From contig JACIXC010000001.1 in the NCBI GenBank assembly GCA_014360655.1, positions 292,715 through 356,714 on the forward strand: a DNA stretch of 64,000 nt, read 5' to 3'. Positions within the stretch are counted from its first letter, which is position 1. Every line of letters begins with the position of its first letter. The notes under the pieces are model-generated. The model was given only the letters and a program-made list of their open reading frames with translations. It searched no databases and was not told the DNA's origin. The position numbers and the translations under genes are program-made. Source of the stretch: Actinomycetota bacterium. GTDB lineage: Bacteria; Actinomycetota; Geothermincolia; Geothermincolales; RBG-13-55-18. Positions 48,395 to 56,143 of the stretch are shown one piece after another.

Positions 48395-48527
48395 CTCGAC
48401 CCTCCCTCGAATCGGCTGCGTTCGGCCAAGAACCACCATGATTATATTGCGGGAGGCGTTTCCTGTCATAATATCCAAATGGATATCAAGGGGCGCCCCG
48501 TGATCATACCCGGCATCTTCCACGGGG

Positions 48528-48768
48528 CTCTTCTTCGCATCTTTCTCTGTATCTTTCTCCGCGTCTTTCTCTGTATCTTTCTCCGCGTCTTTCTCCTCTT
48601 CTTTCCTCCCGTCTTTCTCCCGCAAAGAGGAAAACGCGGCTGAGCGGTGCGGCGCCCCGGAGCGCGGGCTTTCCGGGGATGCATCTTTTCTTCTGCCTTT
48701 TCTTCTGCCTTCTCTTCTGCCTTTTCTTCTGCCTTTTCTTATGCATTTTCTCGTGTCTTTTCTTGTGC
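48528..48768. repeat. Two polypyrimidine 12-bp tandem-repeat tracts
   Basis: TCTTTCTCTGTA/TCTTTCTCCGCG units at about 48528-48622; CTTTTCTTCTGC units at about 48684-48768. Confidence 0.88.
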
Positions 48769-48940
48769 GCTCCTGTCCCCGGAGGTATGGGCTTTCCATC
48801 CACACGGGTTCCGGAAGGAAACGGGGCGCGGTCCTTTGAAGTATTGTAGGAAGATTATGGTGAGGGAAGGGTGGCTTTCTCCGCCCCCGGAAAGTCTGTC
48901 GAAACATGAAGGCCCGTGGTGCGTCCTCGAGGAGGGTGAG

Positions 48941-50191
48941 ATGGAGCGGGAAGAAGAACACGCGGTTTACGGTTTCCGCTGGGTGGTCCTGGCCTCCTTC
49001 ATGCTCGTGGCCGCCGTCACCCAGTTGATGTGGCTGAACTACGCCCCCATAACCTCGCAGACCCAGGAGCTCATGGGAGTCAGCGAGTTCAGGGTGGTCC
49101 TGCTGGCGACCATGTTCCCCCTCGTATACATACCCGTTTCCATCCCCGCCGGCTTCATCATCGACCGCAAGGGCTTCCGCTTCGCCGTGCTCATCGGGGC
49201 CCTGCTTACCACGGCCTTCTCCTTCCTGCGCCTCTTCGCGGACAACTACGCCCTGGTGCTCGTGGGCATGATCGGCATCTCGCTGGGCCAGCCCTTCGTG
49301 CTCAACAGCATCACCAAGATGGTGAGCACCTGGTTCCCCACCGACGAATCCGCGCTGGCCAACGGGCTGGCTTCCCTCTCCCTCTTCCTGGGGATGATCG
49401 TCGCCCTGGCCGCCACGCCCCCCCTGCTCAAGGCCCTGGGCGAAAACGAAATAAGCTCGCTCCGCTGGGTGGTGCTTATCTACAGCCTTATCTCCCTTGC
49501 CGGACTGGTGCTCTTCGCCCTCCTGGGAAGGGCTCGTCCCCCCAGGCCTCCCAAGCGCACGGAGAAGGAGGCGCTGGGCGAGGAGGCGGCCATCAACCTG
49601 AAGGGCCTGCGTTCCCTCTTCGCCCTGCACGACTTCCGCCTCCTCTGCCTGATCATCTTCATCGGCAACGGCAGCTTCGTGGGCCTCATGCAGCTCATCG
49701 AGAAGATCCTCAAGCCCAAGGGCATAGGGACGGGGACGGCGGGGAACATCGGCGCGGTCATCGTGCTGGCGGGCGTGGTCGGCTGCATCGTCCTGCCCTC
49801 CATATCCGACAGGATCATGCGGCGCAAGCCCTTCATAGTCCTCGCTGCCCTGGCGGCGGCGCCCACCCTTTTCCTCGTGGGCGCCCTGGAAAACACCGCC
49901 CTGATCTTCATCGTCGGGGGCGTACTGGGCTTCTTCCTCCTGAGCGCCCTCCCCGTGCTCCTGGCCCTCGCCGAGGAGACCACCGGCGCCGCCCTCACGG
50001 GCACGGCAACCAGCATGCTCCTGCTGCTGGGGAACGCCGGCGGGGTGGTCATCACCATGATCATGGAAGGGATCAAGGGAGCCACCGGTGGACCCGGCGA
50101 GTCCTTCTTCTGGGCCATGGTGTTCCTTGCCCTCGCCTTCGTCGCAGCCTTCCTCGTCGCCCTGCGCCTGCGGGAAAGCGCCGAGGCCTGA
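48941..50191 (+). CDS. MFS transporter (FLVCR-like)
   Basis: YGFRWVVL, IDRKGFR, WFP..E...ANG and SDRIMRRK motifs; about 12 TM; GGAGGGTG RBS. Confidence 0.9.
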   Translation: MEREEEHAVYGFRWVVLASFMLVAAVTQLMWLNYAPITSQTQELMGVSEFRVVLLATMFPLVYIPVSIPAGFIIDRKGFRFAVLIGALLTTAFSFLRLFADNYALVLVGMIGISLGQPFVLNSITKMVSTWFPTDESALANGLASLSLFLGMIVALAATPPLLKALGENEISSLRWVVLIYSLISLAGLVLFALLGRARPPRPPKRTEKEALGEEAAINLKGLRSLFALHDFRLLCLIIFIGNGSFVGLMQLIEKILKPKGIGTGTAGNIGAVIVLAGVVGCIVLPSISDRIMRRKPFIVLAALAAAPTLFLVGALENTALIFIVGGVLGFFLLSALPVLLALAEETTGAALTGTATSMLLLLGNAGGVVITMIMEGIKGATGGPGESFFWAMVFLALAFVAAFLVALRLRESAEA

Positions 50192-50397
50192 TACGCACGG
50201 TCGGACACCGTTGCCTGTCGATGCCTTCATTCTTCGTACCGGGTGCGTGGTCACCGTTGCCTGGAGGAGCCCCACCCTCCCGCCGCATGAGTATCCCGCC
50301 ATGAAAACACGGAGCGGATCTGGCATGAACACTCGTCTCGCTGGATGTGCATCTAATTCTTGCCCCGAAACGCCATTGCGGGGAGCCTCGATGGAAC

Positions 50398-50432
50398 GTC
50401 ATCGCGAGGAGCGGAGCGACGAAGCGATCTCC
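50398..50432. repeat. Solo half-copy of the 22.6-23.0 kb palindromic element
   Basis: GTCATCGCGAGGAGCGGAGCGACGAAGCGATCTC, identical to the unit at about 22747. Confidence 0.85.
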
Positions 50433-50511
50433 TCCGCGCCTTTGCCGTTCCTACCGGCGAGATGGCAACATCCCGTTGCCTGATCCCGCCTGTCGACGCG
50501 GGGAGGTCTTA

Positions 50512-51441
50512 TTACCCGTGGCTTTCGAGGAAGCGGAGGGCGCCGTCCATGGCCAGCGCGGCGCCGCGCGTGTACCAGAAATTGAGAAAACCGTGGTAGG
50601 TGAGGGGGTGCTCTCTCCTGGTAAGATTCAACAGCTCATGCTCCACGCCGTTCTCCGCCAGCGCGCGCACGAAGTCGAGGGTCTGGGAGTGCAGCTGGTC
50701 TATCTCGCTGGTGGCCAGGTAACAGGGCGGGAACTGCGGGGTGACGTAGCGGACGGGCGAAGCCAGCTCGGCCCCCTCGCGGAACAACCCCGGGTCGCGC
50801 CCCAGGAACCCGGTGATGAGCATGCGCCCGAAGGGGAAGCCGGTGTCGCCCACGGTGACCAGGTCGTACACACCGTAGAAGAGCAGTAACCCCCGGATGC
50901 ATGACGCGGGAATGCAGGTGGGGATGGACAGGGCCCGCCGCAGGTCAGGGTGCAGCGCCTCCGCCGCGTACATGGCCGCGTGATAGGCGCCGGCTGAGTC
51001 CCCCGCCAGGAAGACCCGCCCCGGGTCGCCGCCGTAGTCTTGCGCGTGCGCGTAGGCCCAGTTCACCGCCGCCGCCGTGTCCTGCAGCTGCTCCCGGTAG
51101 CCGAAACGCGGTGCCATGCGGTAGTTGGCGTTGAACACCAGGTAACCCGATGAGGCGAAGACGCGACAGATGCGGTCGTAGGTGCGCTTGTCGCCCACGT
51201 GGTTCCCTCCCCCGTGGACGTAGACCAGGACGGGGTAAGGGGGCTCGGAAGGCGGGATGAAGACGTCCAGCTTCTGGAGGCGACTCCCCTCCTCCACGTA
51301 GGGGAGGTCACGCTCTATGGCCCCCACCTCCGGGGCGCGCCGGTTGAGGAGGAGGGCGCGCAGTATCCTCTCCCCCACCGCCCAGTTGAACTTGAACAGG
51401 TAGGCGAAGGCAGTGCCGTAGGGCAGTTTTTCCCCGTTCAT
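50512..51441 (-). CDS. Alpha/beta hydrolase, HSL-family esterase/lipase
   Basis: VHGGG, NYRMAP, GDSAG, D and HGF motifs; start inferred from TACCAT-N6-ATG. Confidence 0.88.
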   Translation of the reverse strand: MNGEKLPYGTAFAYLFKFNWAVGERILRALLLNRRAPEVGAIERDLPYVEEGSRLQKLDVFIPPSEPPYPVLVYVHGGGNHVGDKRTYDRICRVFASSGYLVFNANYRMAPRFGYREQLQDTAAAVNWAYAHAQDYGGDPGRVFLAGDSAGAYHAAMYAAEALHPDLRRALSIPTCIPASCIRGLLLFYGVYDLVTVGDTGFPFGRMLITGFLGRDPGLFREGAELASPVRYVTPQFPPCYLATSEIDQLHSQTLDFVRALAENGVEHELLNLTRREHPLTYHGFLNFWYTRGAALAMDGALRFLESHG

Positions 51442-51644
51442 GCGCATATGGTAACGCCATCCAGCGGAGCGGGCAACCGTGCCCCCCTTAAACCAGAAAT
51501 GCCGCTTGGATAGAAGGGTATGTGTGTAAGCATTCGCCAACCTTCCCGCCCATCTACGCCCGCGAGATACGAAGAGGCCTGCAAACCCATGGGGTACGCG
51601 AGTGCCGTGCTTGCCCTGCCGGTGGGTCGCGCCGCCGGAGAAGC

Positions 51645-52739
51645 TCAGGCGCTGGCCGTTTCCCGTCCTGCCTGGCCCACCGGCGTCACGGATATCTCCA
51701 GCTCGCCCTCCTCCGAGAAGCTCCATTCCAGGTGGGTGTCCACGTCATAGGTAAGCTCGTACAGCCCCTGCACCAGGCCGACCAGCATGAGGTGGAGGAA
51801 GGCGTTCTCTATGCGGAAATAGAGGCCGCTCTGGTTGGACCTCAGCTCGCGCAGGTTGCCCAGGCCGCGCATGGCCAGCTGGTCGCGCATGTCCAGCCTT
51901 CCCATGCCCTCGATGCTGTAGAACCCGGCCCGCACGAAACGGCGCTGGGCCTCGATGACCGACTCCGGGAAGATCTCCCCCAACTCGTTCTCCAGCTCGC
52001 CGAAAACGGCATCCACCTCCATCCCGGTGAGGATCATGCGCCTGCCCGTGGTGACGCCCGCGATGATGCCGCGCTCCGGGTACCAGCGGTAATGCGAAAG
52101 GGCCAGCGGGCCCCCGCAGCTCGCGCATCTCTCCAGCTCGATATCCCCGTCGCGGAGCGGGAAGTGGCGGAAGCGCAACCTGCCCTTGAGTTCCTGGGGA
52201 TGGTTGGCCACGAAACAAGTCAGCTCGTAGAGGTTCTCCGAGATCTGCTTGTATTCCGCGCCCAGCTCGCAGCCGAAGAGGATCTCGAAGGCGGCGGCCA
52301 TGTCCCCGCAGGCCAGGGGCACCGAGTAGGGTTCGGAGATGGTCTCCACGACGTAATCGTTCACGTCCTTCTCGAAACGGTAGTCGACCAGTTCGAATTT
52401 CCCGTAGCCGTCAAGCATCGCCGTCAGCCGCAGTCCGTCGTTCACCGGCCGCCAGTCGATCTCCCGCTTGCGCAGCAGCTCCTTGGTGACGTCGGGGATG
52501 AGGCTCTCCAGGTAAGAACGTACCGCACGGCGCTTGGCGGTGATCAGGGCATGCTCGATGGGCACACCGATCAACTCCTGGATGCCCCTGAAGAGGGGGT
52601 CGAGGTTCTCGCTCTCCACGAAGACCATGCGGTTACGACGGTCCCGGCTCTGCACGATGACGCCGTTGTCGAGCCAAGTGTGCTCGGAGGTGATGTGCCT
52701 GGGGACCCCGCACTCGGGGCAAAGATCGACCTGGTTCAT
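51645..52739 (-). CDS. Hypothetical protein with two repeated CxxC plus V4R-like modules
   Basis: CPECGVP..W..NGVI..RM.. and CASCGGP..W..RGII..RM.. internal duplication; RGLG motif. Confidence 0.65.
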   Translation of the reverse strand: MNQVDLCPECGVPRHITSEHTWLDNGVIVQSRDRRNRMVFVESENLDPLFRGIQELIGVPIEHALITAKRRAVRSYLESLIPDVTKELLRKREIDWRPVNDGLRLTAMLDGYGKFELVDYRFEKDVNDYVVETISEPYSVPLACGDMAAAFEILFGCELGAEYKQISENLYELTCFVANHPQELKGRLRFRHFPLRDGDIELERCASCGGPLALSHYRWYPERGIIAGVTTGRRMILTGMEVDAVFGELENELGEIFPESVIEAQRRFVRAGFYSIEGMGRLDMRDQLAMRGLGNLRELRSNQSGLYFRIENAFLHLMLVGLVQGLYELTYDVDTHLEWSFSEEGELEISVTPVGQAGRETASA

Positions 52740-53065
52740 GCCGTTGCCTGCCTTTCTCGTCATCCGTAACCAGATACAAGCCAGGTATTTGCTCCCAGAG
52801 CCCCGAGGCTCCGCAGCATACCATGCCACCAAGGTTTTTCTCGACCGACAGCGCTTTAAGGTAAAGACGTCCGGGCCGCGAATGTTCACCTGGAGTGAAC
52901 GCATTCCCGCGGGCGCACGGGGGCGACGGCGTGCACCCGCCCTCGACCACGGCTAGATGCGCGCCTGCCCGGGATTATCCCGCCCCCCCGCCGGCCCGGC
53001 CCGCCTTCTGCCCATCACCCCCATCCCGCTGCGCGGATCGCTTCCGCAAGGAATGCATGCGGCGA

Positions 53066-53629
53066 CTACAGGGAATATTCCTCCTTGAGGAACTGCACCC
53101 AGGGCTTGAAGGACTCGATCTCTTCCGGGGTCATCTCGTCGAGGAAGATGGTGTCCACCATGCCCACCAGCTCCGTGAGGCGGGTGGCCGCCTTGACGTA
53201 GCGCACGATGGTGGGCAGGTCGCCCTTGAGCTTGATCCTTCCCTGCATCATGCCCTTGACCGCGTCGAGCTCGCCGGTCATCACCTGCTTCCAGCGGTCG
53301 TAGGGGGCGGTGAGCACGTAGTCCCCGCTCTCGCCGACATCCCTGGGCACCAGGCGCACGGAGCGGCAGTCCCCGTGCCACAGGTCGAGCATGAGGTACA
53401 TGTCGTCATCCAGCCCCACCTGGGGTTCTGGAAGAATATGGATGACCACCGAGCCTTCCCAGCCCTTGGCCAGCTTGCGGTAGGTCTCGTCTCCCTGGAT
53501 GAGCTTTTCGTAGGCGCCGATCCACGCGGGGGTGCCCATTATGTAGGGCTTGTTCTCCACCTCGAGCAGGTCCTCCACCAGGGCGGCGAATGAATCCTCC
53601 CACTCCTTGGTCCCGTAAACGTACGGCAT
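53066..53629 (-). CDS. SCP2 sterol-carrier family protein
   Basis: DLWHGDCR and GELDAVKGMMQGRIKLKGDL motifs; AGGAGGAGG RBS. Confidence 0.88.
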   Translation of the reverse strand: MPYVYGTKEWEDSFAALVEDLLEVENKPYIMGTPAWIGAYEKLIQGDETYRKLAKGWEGSVVIHILPEPQVGLDDDMYLMLDLWHGDCRSVRLVPRDVGESGDYVLTAPYDRWKQVMTGELDAVKGMMQGRIKLKGDLPTIVRYVKAATRLTELVGMVDTIFLDEMTPEEIESFKPWVQFLKEEYSL

Positions 53630-53843
53630 ATCCTCCTCCTTTCGCCGATGCGGGACGAACGTTAGTCCCTCCTACCCTTATCTCCCTGGCGGCGAAAGGT
53701 GCCGATACGCCTTATCTTTAAATTACGCAGCCGCAGGCACTCCCCCGCGCATTATAGCGCGAGGCGGCATCCCGTGGAATACCTGTGCTGAGAAGCCGCT
53801 CTTTGGTCCTCGCCGGGGCTACGGGCAGACGCTCCCCGCCATG

Positions 53844-55133
53844 TCAATAGCAGGGATACCAGGGCGGCGGCTCGATCCCCGTGCCCAGGTCAACCCCGTG
53901 CCAACCCCTGGCATCCCTTTTCATGATGACCAGGGGGGCATCGATATCCTGGTTGGTGCAGAGGGCCACCCCGACCGCCTCGTTTCCCTTTATCAGCAGG
54001 CCGCTTATCTCGAACTCCAACCCCGCTGCGGCATTGGCCTTGGTGTAGGCCAGCATGGCCGCTTCCACCTCCGTAAGCCTTGACTCGTACCAGGCGGGCA
54101 GCTCCAGGTCGGTGCCCACGTCCACCCCGTGCCAACCCCTGGCATCCCTTTTCATGATGACCATGGGGGCATCGATATCCTGGTTGGTGCAGAGGGCTAA
54201 CCCGACCGCCTCGTTTCCCTTGATAAAGAGGTTGAATATCTCGAAATCCAACCCCGCTGCGGCATTGGCCTTGGTATAGGCCAGCATGGCCGCCTCCACC
54301 TCCGCCAGTTTCTCCGCTTCATCGTAGCCTTCGTCCTCGCTAACGCCGCTATCGCCGTTGTCCGTGGTCCCGTTGCGGTCCGGTTCATCCAGGCTCAGGC
54401 CTTCCAGCACATGCGGGTCGATCACCGACTCTCTAAGATAATCGCCAGACAGGTACCACTCCCCGTCCACCCTCACCAGCCGCACGGGCTCCACGTCGTC
54501 CTCTGAAGCCTCCTCGGTCACCACGTCTCCGTATTCGTCGGTATAGGTCATGGTGCCGTCCACGATGGTCACGGTTGCGGTGTCCCCGCGTATCTCGGTC
54601 TCCATCTCCCTGATCTCCACCTCCAGGTCCTCCGGGAAGTCCTGGAAGAAATAGTCCTCGAAGAAAGTCCGGTAGTTCTTTCCCAGCGCGTCCTCGAGTT
54701 CGGCGCGGAACGAAGGTTCGATGATCTCCAGGAACAGGTCCGCGTCCTGCGTCTCCATGGCGCGGTAGAATTTCCTCACCACCTCTTCGGGGCCGGAGGT
54801 GTCGCCGGTGCCGTTTCCCGCGAAGACCACGAATACCAGCACCAGGACTACGGCTATCGCCGCCAGCACCCCGATGCCGCCCATCACCCAGGGCAGGGGT
54901 GATTTTTTGGGGGTTGGGGCATAAGGAGTTGCCTGCGGGGCGGGCCCTTGCGGAAGGCCTGCGGGAGGAACCCCCGCCGGCGGGGAAGGCGGCACGTATA
55001 CCTGGTGATCGGGGGGGACAGGAGGCTGTCCCTCCTGTCCGGTGCCGGCAGATGCAGAGCTCACCGTTGCTCCACAGTAACCGCAGAACAGGCTATCGTC
55101 CGCTATCTCTTTTCCGCATTTTTCACAGAACAT
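53844..55133 (-). CDS. Zinc-ribbon membrane protein: Zn ribbon, Pro-rich linker, TM, NTF2/DUF4878-like domain, duplicated C-terminal domain
   Basis: MFCEKCG...FCGYCG; Pro-rich segment; one TM; PEEVVRKFY...LVRVDGEWYL; 77-aa repeat x2. Confidence 0.82.
   Translation of the reverse strand: MFCEKCGKEIADDSLFCGYCGATVSSASAGTGQEGQPPVPPDHQVYVPPSPPAGVPPAGLPQGPAPQATPYAPTPKKSPLPWVMGGIGVLAAIAVVLVLVFVVFAGNGTGDTSGPEEVVRKFYRAMETQDADLFLEIIEPSFRAELEDALGKNYRTFFEDYFFQDFPEDLEVEIREMETEIRGDTATVTIVDGTMTYTDEYGDVVTEEASEDDVEPVRLVRVDGEWYLSGDYLRESVIDPHVLEGLSLDEPDRNGTTDNGDSGVSEDEGYDEAEKLAEVEAAMLAYTKANAAAGLDFEIFNLFIKGNEAVGLALCTNQDIDAPMVIMKRDARGWHGVDVGTDLELPAWYESRLTEVEAAMLAYTKANAAAGLEFEISGLLIKGNEAVGVALCTNQDIDAPLVIMKRDARGWHGVDLGTGIEPPPWYPCY
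53856..54304. repeat. 231-bp (77-aa) tandem duplication at the C-terminus of the zinc-ribbon protein
   Basis: EVEAAMLAYTKANAAAGL..GWHGVD occurs twice with high nucleotide identity. Confidence 0.92.
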
Positions 55134-55235
55134 CTTACGGCTCCCTCCATCACGCACGGCCCTCCTCGAGAATGCCCTGGGCCCACGCGCCTGGTCGGGT
55201 GGCAAGTCCGCGGGAGATGGGCATGGAGGCCCGCA

Positions 55236-56126
55236 TCAATATATCTTTCTCCCGCACCTACGGCAGAAACGCTCGCCGCTTCCCAGCCTGTTGCCGCACC
55301 CGGGGCAGAAAACCAGCGGCTCGGCCTCCCCCTGCACCGGCTTACCGCAAGCCCTACAGAATCTAACCCCCTCTTCCAGTTCGCTTCCGCAGGCGGCGCA
55401 GACGACCGGTGGCCTCCCTGCGGGTCTCCCGGCGTGTCTCCCACAGGCACTGCAGAAGCTTGCACCCTCCATAAGTTCCTTGCCGCAGCCGACGCAGAAA
55501 AGGCGAGCCGTGGGCGCCTGTCCTTCCGCCAGCTTCCCGGCTTCCGGTTCCTCTTCCTCGATCCCCGCAAGCTCTTTCATCTCAGCCAGAAAATCCCAGA
55601 AGGCGTCGTCCGCGGGTTGGCTGGCGGCCACGGCATCCAGCAAGCGATAGGCCTCGAGGTACTCGCCCTGCTCGGCATAAAGGCGGGCGGCGAGCAGGCA
55701 GACCAGGGGGTTCCCGGTGCCTTCGGGATCTTCGAGCACGACCTCGTATTGCTCAAGTGCGTCCTCTTTCCGGCCCTGCAATTGCAGGACCAGCGCATAA
55801 CTGGAGCGCAACGGAAGGCTGTCGGGATTGGCACCCAGGCCTATCTCGAGGTAATGCGAAGAATCTTCCATGTTGCCCTCCATGCCCGCCTTCATCCCCG
55901 CCATCCAGGTAAGGGTCTCGATGGTCCCGGCGTAGAGATCCTGGAAGTCAGGGTATTCCTCGAGGAAGACAAGGAGCTCTTCCAGGAGCAGATCTACGAG
56001 TACCTCTTCTCCTCCGAATACCTCTCGCTCCACCTCACGCCTTACGGGTACGGGCAGCAGTTCGGCCCCGTAGGCCTGCAGCGCCTGGTCCTCGAATCTG
56101 TAGAACGCGTACTCGCCCAAGTGCAT
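55236..56126 (-). CDS. TPR protein with C-terminal triple zinc ribbon (DZR-like)
   Basis: TPR-like helices (ARLYAEQGEYLEAY); three Cx2C-x10-11-FCx2C units. Confidence 0.82.
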   Translation of the reverse strand: MHLGEYAFYRFEDQALQAYGAELLPVPVRREVEREVFGGEEVLVDLLLEELLVFLEEYPDFQDLYAGTIETLTWMAGMKAGMEGNMEDSSHYLEIGLGANPDSLPLRSSYALVLQLQGRKEDALEQYEVVLEDPEGTGNPLVCLLAARLYAEQGEYLEAYRLLDAVAASQPADDAFWDFLAEMKELAGIEEEEPEAGKLAEGQAPTARLFCVGCGKELMEGASFCSACGRHAGRPAGRPPVVCAACGSELEEGVRFCRACGKPVQGEAEPLVFCPGCGNRLGSGERFCRRCGRKIY

Positions 56127-56143
56127 CTCTCCCCCGCGTCAAC

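Noticed and set aside
53856-54304. Template/variable repeat pair of a diversity-generating retroelement
   Set aside because: Both copies are in-frame parts of one ORF, mismatches are not limited to adenines, and no reverse transcriptase is in the window
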